From NCBI RefSeq assembly GCF_009914755.1, contig NC_060930.1: a stretch of 64,000 nt of DNA; one strand, given 5' to 3'. The stretch comes from the human T2T-CHM13v2.0 reference genome, Homo sapiens. Shown piece by piece: positions 26,835 to 40,804 of this stretch. The position numbers and the translations under genes are program-made. Each line of letters begins with the position of its first letter. Position 1 is the first letter of the stretch. The notes under the pieces are model-generated. The model saw only the letters and a list, made by a program, of their open reading frames with translations, had not been told where the DNA came from and searched no databases.

Positions 26835-27790
26835 TGTGATATTATGATTCATTTCCATCTGTGGTTCCTAGTTCGTAACTTTCATAATCATTGTCACAAT
26901 CTTGGTTATAATGTTGGAGAAATTTAGGGCTCAGAAGCAAGCCTGAGGAAACAAAAGCTTTCTCTCTGAACTTCTGTCTTCCTTTTACCCACCCGAGATA
27001 GGACTATAGTCCAATTATAGGTCATAAAACCCTCATTCTAGAGAGGGTCCTGCCCCCTACTCCAGAGGAAGGAATGCTGTACAGAGAGATCAAGAAGAAT
27101 CTGAATGGACAAGGCTTGCTGAGTTTAGGCCACATCCTTTTTGTCCAATCACATTTTGACATAGTTGTCCATGCTTTAATCATTGACAACCAATGAATTC
27201 TCCATAAAAGGCCCAAAGGATGGAGTTCCAGGAGCTTCTGGAGAGCTGAACACATTGAGCATGACAGGAAGGTGAAAAACTCTTTCACATGCCAGGAAGT
27301 TGGTGCACCCCAACTCTACAGGGACAGAAGCTGCTGCACTTACAAATCCTCCCAGACCTCACCCCATGTATCTCTTCATCTGGCTGTTTATTTGTATCTT
27401 GGAAAATATGCTTGATAGTAAGCCAGTAAATATGATTCCCTGAGTTCTGTGAGCTGCTCTAACAAATAAATCAATCTCAAAGATGGGATCGTGGGAGCGC
27501 CAACTTGAAGCCAATTGGTCAGAAGTTCCAGAGGCCTGGAATTGCGACTTCAGGGAAGGAGAGGATGATCTTATGGTGTTGAGTATTAACCTGTGGGATC
27601 TGACACTGTCTCTGGGTATATAGTATTGGTACTGAATAGGAGGACACCCAGCTGTTGTCCACTGCTTGTTGTATGGTTAAAAACCCCTCACTTTTGGTCA
27701 GAGAAGTCTTCTTCTGTGTTGATTATTATTGTGGTGGTGTGAGAGCAGAAGAAAAACCCATTTAAGAGAGTACTTCCCAAAGCACTGTGT
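26835..27790 (+). mobile_element. MER21-type solo LTR
   Basis: ccctgagttctgtgagctgctctaacaaat; cctgtgggatctgacact..gaggacacccagctg; cacttttggtcagagaagt. Confidence 0.8.
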
Positions 27791-28316
27791 ATACAGTAAA
27801 CTGTGGTCCAATGGGAAAATACAAATTAATATAGCCAATAACAGTGTATGAGAAGCTCTTTCTCCCAAAACTCTTGCCAACACAGTACATAGCCAAAAAT
27901 CATCTTTTTATTTGATAGAAGTATGACATATTTTGTTTTAATTCATATTTCAATAATTTTGAGTGAAATTGGACAACTTTATACACCTTTAAAATATCTT
28001 TCTGTTATGAACTGCCTGCTCTTCACCTTTGCTGGATCGATGTATTTTACATATTAATTTATAAGAGCTCTTTAAAAAATAAGGACATTAATATATTTAA
28101 TATGTCCGACAAATATTTTAGACATTTTTTTCTCTTCTCATTTGACATTATTATTGTCATGTAGTTATTTTATGTTTTATGGAGTCAAGCTTTCTTTATG
28201 ACATCAAGCTTTCAACTATCACTTAGAAACAATTTCTCTTATTCTGTTTTTACAAAATATGTTCTACATTTCTGTCTAGTACTTTTATTGTTCCCCTTTT
28301 TAAACTTATATTATTG

Positions 28317-29825
28317 ACAATATCAAGGATTGGCAAAGATTTTAAAAAACTGGTCTGCTCATATATTTCTGGTGGATTTATAAAATGGTACATCAACTTA
28401 GTAACACAGTCTGACAGTGCCTTATAAAGTGAAACACATACTTTCTAAGTGATCTAAAATTCCACTCCTGGTCATTTACCCAAGATAAATGAAAGCCTAT
28501 GTTCACAAAAAGACTTATGCATGGATGTTCATAGCAGTTTTACTCATAATAGCCAAATCCTGGAAACAACCCAAATATCTATCAACTAGAGAATGGGCTT
28601 TTTTGTGCTACCCAGAGAGGGGTCCATATGGCGATGTTCTAGATTCCTGTTGTAACTTAAAGGGAAACTTTTACAGTGTACAGAGCCCTTGATGTCCTGC
28701 AAATGGAGGAGGAGGATGTCCTTAAGTTCCTTGCAGCAGGAATCCACTTAGGTGGCACCAACCTTGACTTCCAAATGAAACAATACATTTATAAAAAGAA
28801 ATGTGACGGCGTCTATATCATAAATCTGAAGAGGACCTGGGAGAAGCTTCTGTTGGCAGCTTGTGCCATTGTTGCCATTGAAAACCCTGCTGATGTCCGC
28901 GTCATATCCTCCAGGAATACTGGCCAGAGGGCCATACTGAAGTTTGCTGCTGCCACTGGAGCCACTCCAATTGCTGGCCGCTTCACTCCTGGAATCTTCA
29001 CTAACCAGATCCAGGCAACCTTCCAGGAGCCACAGCATCTTTTCTTTACTGATTCCAGGGCTGACCACTGCCTCTCACAGAGGCATCTTATGTTAACTTA
29101 CATACCATTGCTCCACGTAATACAGATTCTCCGCTGTGCTATGTGGACATTGCCATCCCATGCAAGAAGGGAGCTCACTCAGTGGGTTTGATGTGGTGGA
29201 TGCTGGCCTGGAAACTTCTGCACATGTGTGGCACCATTTCCTGTGAACACCTGTGGGAAGGGGTGCCTGATCTCTTCTTCTACAGAGATCCTGAAGAGAC
29301 TGAAAAAGAAGAGCAAGCTGCTGCTGAAAAGGCTCTGACCAAGGAGGAATTTCAGGGTGAATGGACTTCTCCATCTCCTGAGTTCACCGCTACTCAGCCT
29401 GAAGTTGCAGACTGGTATGAAGGCATGCAGGTGCCCTCTGTGCCTATTCAGCAGTTTCCTTCTGAAGCCTGGAGTGCTCAGCCTGCCACAGAAGACTGAT
29501 GTGTGGCTCCCACCGCTCAGGCCACTGAACAGGTAGGAGCAACCACTGAATGGTCTTAAGCTGTACTTGCACCGGCTCTTAAGCAATATGGAAATAAACA
29601 TTAATTTTTTAAAAAAAGAGAGAGAATGGATATGCAAACTGTGACACATTCACACAATGGAATTACTCAGCAGTATAAAGGAACAAAACGCTGTTATATG
29701 CAAGAACATGGGTGAATCTCAAAAACATGAGAGAAAAAAAGACACAAAGGAGTACCTCCTGTATAGTCCCATTTATATGAAATTCTGGGATGGGTAAAAA
29801 CTAATATAAAGTGGTAAAAATCTGA
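28317..29825 (+). mobile_element. L1ME-like 3' fragment hosting the RPSA retrocopy
   Basis: MFIAVLLIIAKSWKQPK peptide; L1 sequence resumes after the TSD at 29630. Confidence 0.8.
28597..29620 (+). pseudogene. RPSA: Processed pseudogene of 40S ribosomal protein SA (uS2/laminin receptor), full-length mRNA copy
   Basis: 5'UTR present; start ATG mutated to GTG at 28676; [50 protein letters not shown]; frameshift near 29070; C-terminal [18 protein letters not shown]; premature TGA 29497-29499; native TAA 29557-29559; AATAAA 29593-29598; short A tail; TSD agagaatgg (28588-28596 / 29621-29629). Symbol is the parent gene. Confidence 0.97.
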
Positions 29826-30144
29826 CTTCTGTTGACACCCAAGATAAAGGAAGCTCTCTATAGCCTTTCTCTCTCACCAATGGTCACCAAAAACTCTAGA
29901 GAGGATACAGAAAACAGCTACTTAAAGACTGAAGTAAGCCCAATGGGAAGGGAGTAAAATCTTGAAAACCAACTGGTATCATGGGGAATTTCCTGAATTC
30001 TTGTTTCCTCTTTTATCTTCTGGCTATGATGTGAGGGCAGGTGGGGTCCTAGAACTGTGCAGCCAGCATACAGAGTAAAAATGGGAATAAATACCTTGCA
30101 TCAAGCAAAAATAAACAGCAGGGCAGACATCTAAATATAAAGTA

Positions 30145-32800
30145 CAGTTAGCCCTTGAATAATACTGGTTTGAACTGTGCTGGTCCACTAATATATGGAT
30201 ATTTTTTAATAAATATATTGAAATTTATTTTCAAGATTTGCAATAATTTAAGATAACTCACAGACAAACCATGTAGCCCAGAAACATAAAAAAAAGTGGT
30301 GTAAAAGTTAGGTATGTTATCAATGTGTAAAATATATGTAGGTACTAGCCTATTTTATTTACTATAAAATATACACAACTCCATGATAAAAAGTTAAAAT
30401 GTATCAAAATTTACACAAACACAGACCATATATGGCACTATTTGCTGTTGAGAGAAATGTAAACATAAAAATGCAGTATACAATTATAACTGGATAAAAT
30501 TACAGCACATACCATACTACTGTAATAATTTTATAGCTACCTCCTATTGCTATCGCAGTGAGCTCTAGTGTTGCGAGTTTCCACTTAAAATGCTGTGTGA
30601 TGCTAGTCATCTCCACATGAGCAGTTTGTCTCTCCAATAAATTGTGTATCACACTAAAAAGTGATCTCTTGTGGTTCTTGTGTATTTTTCATGTTTACTG
30701 CAATACTGTAAACCTTGAATAACACCATGAGACCTATACAGAGTGTCACTAGTGATGCTAAAAGTGCTCCCAAGAAGCAGAGGAAAAGTTGTAATATTAC
30801 AAGAAAAAGCTGAATTGCTTGATATGTACCACAGATTGAGGTCAACAGCTGCAGTTGTCCACCATTTCAAGGTAAGTGAATCCAGTGTAAAAACAATTGT
30901 TTAAAAAATTTTAATTTTAAAAAAAGGAAGTTTGTGAAACCATCCCTGCAGCTACACCAGCAGGTATGAAAACATAGCACTTTTTGTGAAATATATTTTA
31001 TCTCGTATTGAAAATATAGCTTTTATGTGGGTGCAGGATTGTTATAAGGCATACCTATAAACTCTAATATGATTTGAGAGCAAGTAAAGTCATTATATGA
31101 CTACTTAAAGCAAAAGGAAGGTGAAGGATCTAAAGCTGTAGAATTGAATGCCAGTGAAGGGTGGTTTGATAATTTTAGAAAGAGGTTTGGCTTTTAAAAT
31201 GTCAAAATAAAAGGAGAAGAAGCAACTAATGACCAAGAGGCTCCCTGGAAACCAGGGAGTTTCCAGATGCCATTAAGAAAAATCATTGAGGAGAAAGGAT
31301 ATCTGCCTGAGCAGGTTTTCAATGCAGATGAAAGATAATGCTCTATTCTATGGGGAAAAAATGCCACAAAGGACATCATTTATTAGTAAGGAAGAGGAGT
31401 GATCACCAGGACTTCAGGCAGGAAAGGACAGGCTAACTCCACTGTTTTGTGGAAATGTAGTCAGGTTCATGATCAGGATTGTCCTTATCTACAAAGCTGC
31501 TAACCCCCAAGCCTTGAAGGGAGAAAATAAACACTAGGCAACAGGAACACTTCTTCTGGATGGGATACATCGATGCTTTGTCCCTGAAGTCAGGAAGTGC
31601 CTTGCCAGTAGGTGACTGCCTTTTAAGTTCTTATTTGGCAAAAATACCAATAAATTGATAATGAACAATGCCCCCGGACACCCAGAGTGTCATGAGTTCA
31701 ACAGCAAAGACGTCAACTGTTCTGCTTGCCCCCAAACACAACGTTATCTAATTCAGCCTCTAGATCAGGAGGTCATAAGGACCTTTAAGGCTCATTACAC
31801 ACAGTATTTTATGGAAATGATTGTCAATGCTATGGAACAGAATCCTGACAGAATATCATAAAAATTGTGAAGAATTACACCAGTCAAGATGGCATCATCT
31901 TTATGGAAAAAGCTGTAAAAGCCCGTTAAGCCCAAAACAATAAATTCCTCCTGGAGAAAACTGTATCCAGATGTTGTACATTACTTAACAGGACATACAA
32001 CAGAGCCAATCAAAGAAATCATGTAAGAGATTGTGGATGTGGGAAAAATGATGGTGGGTGGAGAGGAGACAAAGTGTTGTCTCATATATGAATCTTGGAG
32101 CTAATAGATAACCATACCAGAGGAATTAACAGAAGATAATTTGGTGAAGATGAGCACTTCAGAACCAGTGCCAGAGGATGAGGAAGAAGACATAAAGAAG
32201 CAGTGCCAGAAAACAAATTGATATCAGGTAATCTGGAAGATGGGTTTGAATTACTCAGCACTGCTTTTTATTTCTTATATGATATTGAATACTGCATAGT
32301 ATTTTTAGAGAAATTTTGAAAAAGCAAAAAAGTCAGTTAGAAATTATAGTGTAGTTCCATAAAATTATACTGAATATGCCTGCCTCTCTTGCCTCCCCTT
32401 CTACCTCCCCCAGTTCTTTGGCCTCTGCCACCCATGATACAGCAAGACCAACTCCTCCTCTTCCTTATCCTCCTCCTCAACCTCCTCCTCAACCTACTCA
32501 ACATGAAGATGTTGAGGACAAAGACCTTTATGATGATCCACTTCCACTTAATGAATAGTATATTTTCTCTTTCTTATGATATTCTTAATGGCATTATCTT
32601 TTCTCTAGCTCACTTTATTATAAGAATACAAAATATATAATATAGCATACAAAATATGTGCTAATCAACTGTTTATGTTATCATTAAGGCTTCTGGTCAA
32701 CTGAAGGCTATTGACAGTTAAGGTTTGGGGGAATCAAATGTTATACACAGATTTTTGATGTATGGGGGTTGGTGTCCATAAACCCCACATTGTTCAACTA
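30145..32800 (+). mobile_element. Tigger2 DNA transposon, near full length, transposase inactivated
   Basis: Left TIR cagttagcccttgaataatac, eroded right end ttgttcaacta, TA on both sides; pogo transposase remnants (gccagtgaagggtggtttgataattttag; FNADE; NNAPGHP; IQPLDQEVIRTFKAHY; acidic tail) with stops and frameshifts. Confidence 0.92.
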
Positions 32801-32802
32801 TA

Positions 32803-33900
32803 CAAATTTTAAAAATACATCTCAAGATATAATCTTTGTGACCTTGGGCAAGACAAAAATTTGAGCTCTAATGAGCAAACTCATTCAAAATCAATGGAAT
32901 GATTCATAAATAAAATGAATAAACTGGACTTCATCACAATTAAAAAGCTCTGCTCTTTGAAGAGTTTTAAGAACTTTTAAAATACATTAATTTTTAAGCC
33001 ACATTGGAAGAAAATATTTCTGAATTAAGTAGCTAGTTAAGGACATGTGTTGAGAATATGTAAGTGACTCCCAAAATTAATAATAAGAAAACTTAAAACC
33101 CAATTGAAAACTGGGAACAGTTTGAGCAGACATTTTACCAAAGAAAATTCAAGAATGGCTAATAAGCACATGAAAAGGAGTTTAACAGCATTTGTCATTA
33201 AGGAAATGCAGCTCAAAAACACAATGAGATATCACTACATACCTCTTACAATGGAAATAAAAACATCCAACAATACCAAATTCTAGTGATGATGCACAGC
33301 TACTGGTACTCTCATACATTGCTGGTGGGAGTGCAAGATACTACAGTCGCTTTTGAAAACAGTTTTACAGTCTTATAAATTAAATACATCCTTACTATAT
33401 GACTCAACAATCCTACTCCCAGATATTGGTCCAAGAGCAAAAAAAAAAAAATATTCACACTAGGAAAACTATATGTAAATGTTTATAGTAGCTTTATAGC
33501 ATAATCATAACAAACTTCAAACAGCCCAAAGGTTCTTTTGCTGCCAGATTGATAAACAGATGATGGTACATTCATTCATACAATAGAATACTATTCAGCC
33601 ACACAAAAGAATACATTATTTATAACTCACAATAGGAATGAATCTCAAGTACATTACTTTCAATCAAAGAGTCTGGACTCATAAGGTTACATACTGTGTG
33701 ATTCTATCTACATCACTTTCTGCAACAGCCAAAACTATAGCAATAAAGAAGAGATCACTGGTTATCAGGAGTTAGCAATGGGGAAAGTGGCTACAAAGGG
33801 CAACCTGAAGGAATTGGTAGGATAATAAGATTTGTTGATTGTGATGTTGGGTGAATATGGGCTTACATGACTCCGCATTAATCAAAGCTCATTGAACAAT
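32803..33900 (+). mobile_element. L1M ORF2 C-terminus/3'UTR (host of Tigger2)
   Basis: LSRHFTKENSRMANKHMKRSLTAFVIKEMQLKNTMRYHY peptide. Confidence 0.8.
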
Positions 33901-33982
33901 ACATCACAAAGTAATTATTTTGGTATAGATTAATAAGCTAGTGATCCAAGTTAATTTCTTCCCCTATGACTATCAAATCTCA

Positions 33983-34284
<302 letters not shown>

Positions 34285-34387
34285 TCATAAATGAAATAAT
34301 TATATGTAAATTCTTCAAACGTAAATTTAGAAAAAAGTTAATTATTTTACATACTGTGTACTACAGCTTTAAGCAATGCTTGTATTT

Positions 34388-34525
34388 CTTTTTAATGAGA
34401 TGAGGTCTCACTCTGTCACCTAGGCTGATAACAGCTCACTATAACCTCGAACTCTGGGGATCAAGCAATCCTCCCACCTTAGCCTCCCAAAGTGCTGGGA
34501 TTACAAGTGTGAGCCACTGTGTCCA
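34388..34525 (-). mobile_element. FLAM-like Alu monomer
   Basis: gagatgaggtctcactctgtcacctaggctg..cctcccaaagtgctgggattacaagtgtgagccac. Confidence 0.8.
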
Positions 34526-34589
34526 CGTATAGAATGCATTTTTTACCTATATATTTTTTTTTATGTTTTCGATTTTGGAATAAAATGTT

Positions 34590-34964
34590 TTTCAAATGTG
34601 TCATTGACTGAGCTAAGGGATGCTCAGATAGCTGGTAGAACATTTCTGGATTTCTGGGGTGTGTCTGTGAGGGTGTTTCTGGAAGAGCCTAGCATTTGAA
34701 TCAGTAGACTGTCAAAAAGATCACTCTCACTTTACTGGCATCATTCAATCTCTTGAGGTTCCAAATAGAACAAAAAGGAGTAGGAAGGGCAAATTTGCTC
34801 TACTTTTTTGAGCTGGGACATTCATCTTCTTCTACCCTTTGACATTGGAGCTCCTTATTCTCAGGCCTTCGGACTCCAGTAGTGCATCCCTCCTGCTCTT
34901 GTTCTCAGACCTTCTCCCTTGGACCTAGAGTTACACCAATAGGATATGAATCTATTTATATAAC

Positions 34965-34999
<35 letters not shown>

Positions 35000-35070
35000 A
35001 ACTGAATTATGTGTGTATATATATATATTTTCCATTGGTTCAATTTCTCTGGAGAACCCTAATTAATATA
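34590..35070 (+). mobile_element. MLT2-type ERVL LTR with internal (CA)n
   Basis: gtgtctgtgagggtgtttctggaagag..tttctctggagaaccctaattaata. Confidence 0.8.
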
Positions 35071-35244
35071 AATTAGTCTCAGGGCTCAAAGAAAATAAAT
35101 CATTATGAAATAGAGAAATGAAATAGAGTAAGATGTAAAATTGTACGTATGTGTATGAATCACATATATTATTAAAAAGTTCTTGTTAACTTTATAGATT
35201 GGTATATTAAGAGCAGGGGGAATAGTCACTGAAGAACATAAGAT

Positions 35245-35650
35245 CGATATAGCTTGCATATTTCTCACCATCCAAATCTCATGTTGAATTCTAATCCCAT
35301 TGTTGAAGGTGGTGCCTAGTGGGAAATGATTGAATTATGAGGGTGGATTTCTCATGAATGGTTTAGCACCATCTCCTTTGTGCTCTTCTCATGATAGTGA
35401 GTGAATTCTTGTGAGATCTGGTAATTTAAAAGTGTACAGTGCGCCCCCTTTGCTCCCACTCTGCCTTGTGAGACACCTGTGCTCCCTTCACTTTCCACCA
35501 TGACTGGAAGCTTCCTCAGGCCTCCGCAGAAGCAGATGCCATTATGCTTCCTGTACAGCCTGCAGAACCATGAGCCAATTAAACCTCTTTTCTTATAAAT
35601 TACCTAGTCTCGGGTATTTCTTTACAGCAATGCAAGAACAGCCTAATACA
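35245..35650 (+). mobile_element. MST (MSTA/B) MaLR solo LTR
   Basis: caaatctcatgttgaatt..ctgcagaaccatgagccaattaaacctcttttc..gcctaataca. Confidence 0.9.
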
Positions 35651-36849
35651 TATACTGAGTTTTAGAATATATATTATGTATATAAATATGTACCATTTAC
35701 TTCTTGGGCAATACTTCTTGACATTAAGAAAGTATCTTGGTTATGCATCAGAAAGGCCTGATATGACATGAGGAAGGTAGACAATAAAGTCTACCTTGAG
35801 AACAGGGCATTACCATTTCTTAGATGTTCAGGGCTATCCAAAGCAAAATAGTAGGATAATTTCTATGTTTTGTGTAGTCCTTGGCATATTACTACATTGT
35901 AGAAATATGAAAATGTTTTGTAGTAATCTAGTTTATCCATCCCAAGTGGAATATTTTAAATTTCTCTGTTTATAAAAGGATTGTAAACTGACTTTATTTG
36001 CAAACATTTGTGGGAAAATAAAGCCAGATCTTCTCTTGTGTTGGAGAAAACTCCTGATTGTCATTGAAAAGGTGACCCTACTTAATACACAGTGTTCCGT
36101 TCAGCTCAAACAGGCTCTCAGAAAGGTAACTTTGGGTCAGGAATTTAAAAAAAGTCACATCATTTATATTAGTGCTCTTCTTTTTAGAAGAACTTACTGG
36201 CATGTCTTCTCATTGTTTGCTGTGGGTGAGGTTTAATATTTAGAATTTCAAGATATAACTATGCCATATCATATATATATATATCATCATACACTTTATA
36301 TATACACACATATATATATAGCATCATACATTTTACAAAATGTAAAGATTAGTTTTTCAACACCCAAATCCCATGTAAAATACATACTGCACTGAACACT
36401 CAAGGAATTAATTGTTGAGTAATTAAATTCTCAGTTCCTTTATTTTCCATCCAGAACTCTTTCTCCCCATTTAGTTTGCAATTTCTAATATATTATGAAC
36501 TAGGAAATTAGAAAGCAAAGCTTAATAAAATTTTTGATAAAATAAGAATAGATAGTCTCTGAACGCTGATCTAAATGAACTATTCTATAAGTGAAACACA
36601 CATGTATTTAAGACATCTATTATCTGCGCAGAGGAATTTCAGCACTATTTTCAGATTCCCTGGATAGGTTCTTTGTGGTTTTACCCTGCTACAGGACAAA
36701 CACAATTTGTGCTTGAATATTTGATTGTAACTATTGTTTAGCATTTTCTTGCCCTTAAAGTCATTTTTTCCAGCATATAAAAAAATTAATTTTGTGGTAA
36801 TAGCTATACTTCATTTTGTACCTGATTCTATACTGTTCAGCTATAATTT

Positions 36850-37060
36850 AAGGGGTGATTACTATGCCTAATCTTATTCTAACACTCACAATAATTCTGC
36901 AAAATACAAATATTTTCCTCTCTTAATACATAAGAAAACTGAAGTTAAATTATTGAGTAATTTTTCAAACAGGATACAACTAGGAAGTGGCATTGTTGAG
37001 ATTCATGCCCTCTGTCCAATCCAAAATTCACAGATTTCTTAGCATTTAGCGCCGTGCTGT
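36850..37060 (-). mobile_element. MIR
   Basis: tacataagaaaactgaagtt..acaactaggaagtggc..gagattca. Confidence 0.55.
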
Positions 37061-39062
37061 CTGACTGTTTCTTCTGTATTTGGAGAGAATGCTGTAGTCT
37101 TTAATCAGCCTCCTTTTTGTCAGTATCTACTAACTGAGCAACATTTCTAGGGAAATCTTTAGAGAGCCTATTCTCATTTTCCCTTCAAAGGAGAAAGAAG
37201 GGAGGATAGAACATCCCCAGTGCTGGCCAAGGCTGCAGTCTGCATTCTGTGCTACCAGACCTGGAGTTGCACATTCTTGCTGAGACAACCTAGGAAGCTC
37301 AGAATAAGAGTGACAGACAAGTTGGTTGGATCACAAGGTTCAAATACCACTGATGCAAAGTACTATTACTAGATTAGGCAACATAAACCATGAATCTAGT
37401 GGGTAGCTCAGGATCAAGAAAATGAAACCAATAAAGAGATTAGGTGAGGGCAGATACGGTCAACACTGAGTAGGAGTGGGATTCGGGGTATTATTAGTGC
37501 AATCACAGGCATTTGCAACTGGCAGTAAGATCCTAGAGGGAAGAGATTATGTCTCATTTTTTCATAGACTCCTCAGCACCCAAGAGAGTGTCTTTTTTGT
37601 TAATTGCTGTATTTAAGGGTAATCATGGAATTGGACTGGACTGCAAACATGCAGCAAAGGTCTACTCGTCTTAAAATAGATAAGATAAGAACTAGGATTC
37701 CTGTGCAGGGGTGGAGTGGGATGAGAACACACGGCTAAGACATTTCCTTCCATTTTTAGGCTGTCACCCTCGGAAAACCTGGCAAGGACTCTGTCACAGT
37801 GACACTCGCAGTAACTTACATACCAACTCTTGGTAGCCCTGATCAGACATTTTAAATCCTCCCCATTTCGTCATACCTAGTTTCTCAATGAATATTGATT
37901 TTTTTTTTGTTTGCTTTTGTTTAGTTTTGCTTGTTCTTGATGGACAAATACAGTAATTAGATGTCTAGAGGCTCTGCAAAGGTTTGCCTGTGCATGCAGT
38001 AGAAAGAACAAGTGGAGAGCTTTTTTCTCACTGCAGTGCTGGTGCCTTTGGCTATCATTTTTATTTCTGCTAAGACTATCATAATTCTTTTTTATTTTCT
38101 CATCTTAGCCCTGGACTCTCAGGCCTTTTATGATATATGTAACTCAATGGGATAGTATGAAACAAATGCATCTGCATGAAGTCACTCAGCTTTGGTTCTA
38201 GTATTCTATTCTACCTGGAGTAATTTGCTGAAGTGTAGAATTATTAACAAATTTGTGAGAGCTAACAAATATGATTCCCCAGATTCAGAGTCAAACACTT
38301 CTTCACCGTAAACCAATTCTTCACGTAGGTCCTGGGCCAGTGTACTTTTGCAAGATGTTCAAGGTATAAGATGTCATTTTTGATAGCACATGTTGATAGT
38401 TAGCAATGGTCAAAAATAATTGTCTCCCTCAAAGCACAACTATTGTAATGTACATGCACCTTTTTCTGTCAACTATAAATTTGAAAACAAAATTACACTG
38501 CTTTGCAAGTGTTGAAGCTCTTTACGTTGCACTTTAAATAAATGATATTTTATGAGGAGAAACTGGATGTTTTCTTATCATACTGAATGAGTTACCAGGG
38601 TGTTCCCTTGTCACTTATTATATCCCCTATACAGTGATGATATGAATCGTCATCATTATAATTTTATTTTAGTTTTTATAGGTTTTAAAATTAATTTCCC
38701 TTAATTTGTATTTTTCTTTTAAAAATATAATTAGTTTTCTACATGAATTTGTTCATATCTTAAAATGCTAAGAATGCCTATAAATGAAGCAAAGTAAACT
38801 TTCTCTAGTCTGCCATACTAACCTGAAGACTTTACCTAAATTTACAAAGAAGAATGCTGTTTCCTTCCAAAATCAATCCCATCATTAGGGTGAAGAAAGA
38901 AAACCTGGAAAGGTTTTTCTACAATTGTATCATTAGTACCACATGGAACTAAAATAGTTGTGAGAAAGCTGCTTCTCTCTGCTAGAGGAGGAAACAGATG
39001 TGAGATTTAAGAGGACAAAGGAAAAAGAGGTAGGTGCTCTGTGCATTAGGTGTGATTGCTTC

Positions 39063-39741
39063 TGTATTAGATCTCTAACGCTTCATAACAAATTACTACA
39101 AACTCAGTGGCTTATAAAAATACTCATATATTATCTCATTGTTTCCCTGAGTCAAGAGTTTGGTGTTTTAGCTAGGTCCTCTGTTCAGTGTCTCTCAAGA
39201 CAAAGTAAAGATGATGGCTGTCTTCATCTGCATTGGGAGACTTGACTAAGGGAAGATCCACTTCAAAGATTTCTCAAGTTGTTGGCAGAATTTGTTTCCT
39301 GTAGATGTATGACTGAGGTCCTGTTATCTTGCTGACTTGCTGCCAGGGATTAGGATTACTCTCACCACCCACAGACCTCTATCAGGTCCTTGCCATGTGG
39401 CTCTCTAACATGGCAGATTGGCTCCTTTGAGGCAAGCAGGAGAGTTTCTCTCATCCTTTGAATCACTTCTTTCAGCAATGCCCCTGCTCTCTTTTAAAGG
39501 ATCACTTGATTAGATTAGGCCCACCTAGGATAATCTCCCTTTTAATGAACTCAAAGTTAACCGATTTAGGACCTTAATTATATCCAAAAAATCTCTTAGC
39601 CTTTGTCATAAAGTGTGACCTAATCGTGGGAATGAAATTCATTGTATTCAGAGTCCTGTCCTCACTCAGAGAGGGGATGATACAGAGAATGGACATCAGG
39701 AGGCAGGAATCATGGATGTCATCTCAGATTCAGCTCACCAC
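39063..39741 (-). mobile_element. MLT1E-like MaLR LTR
   Basis: tgtattag..taacaaattactacaaactcagtggctt..gattaggcccacctaggataatctccc..ctcaccaca. Confidence 0.75.
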
Positions 39742-40254
39742 AGCCTCTTTAATTTAATGCTTGCTCTAAAAAGAGCAGTATGCATTCTGCTGATTGCTAT
39801 CCTTGAAGCACATAAGTTTTTTTTCCTAGAAATCAGGGCTGCTACTTCAAAGCTGAAGTAAATGTGTGAGATAAAGGACAAATGAGAAATAGCACTGTGG
39901 AAACAAATTATCATTTTACTTCCAGTTGTATGGTGACCCTGGCTAACCCTCTAACTCCCCCAAAAAATAATACCTAAAAATGCACAGCATTTAAAAATAC
40001 CTCTAATGCATGAATTAGCTATCAATTTAATAAGAAATACTTAAAGGCTTAAAGCTAAATGAAAACACACTCCCATGATGGTAAGCTAGGCATTGACATT
40101 GGTGTTTATTTGCAGATTGTTGAACCCAGAGACTGAATGTACTTGAAAGCAAGGAGACAATGAATGCCCAGGAGCTTCAAAATGGAAAGTCAAATAGAAG
40201 ACCCTTCACATAAAGCTAGAATCCCGCCATGTAAGAAGCTTTTTTTTTTCTTTT

Positions 40255-40664
40255 GTTGGAATTCTTCAGAGAAACAGAACCAACAGGATAAGAGCAGAAA
40301 GAGAACTAGAGAGGGCGAGAGTTATCTTAAGGAATTGGCTCATGTGATTGTAGAAGTCTGACAAGTCCAAAATCTGCAGGGTAGACTGGAAGGCTGGAGA
40401 CCCAGGTAAGAACAGCAATGTGAGTTCAAAGGCAGTCTACTGGCAGAATTTCTTCCTACTTAGAAGAGGTTAGTCTTCATTAACACCTTCTACTGCTGTG
40501 AGGCCCACCCACATTATGAAATGTAATTTGCTTTATTAAAACTTCATTGATTTAAATGTTAATTTCATCTAAAAATACCTTCCCAGAAAAATCTAGAATA
40601 ATGTTTGACAAAATATCCAATTGCTGTGGCCTAGCCAAATTGACACGCAAAAAGTTAACCATCA
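40255..40664 (-). mobile_element. MLT2-type ERVL LTR
   Basis: ttcttcagagaaacagaaccaacagga..taaggaattggctcatgtgattgt..cctagccaaattgacac..ttaaccatca. Confidence 0.8.
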
Positions 40665-40804
40665 TGTCCCTTCAGGTTTGTGGGAACTAGAATTAAACAT
40701 GCCAACTTAAGGGAGACAAAAAAAAATTGTCTCCAATTCTGTCACAGAATAGAAAAAAGACAAAACATTTGAGTATAAGATAATTCATAGGCAGGTTTGT
40801 AGTC

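Noticed and set aside
29179-29649. 156-aa antisense ORF
   Set aside because: Shadow frame of the RPSA pseudogene.
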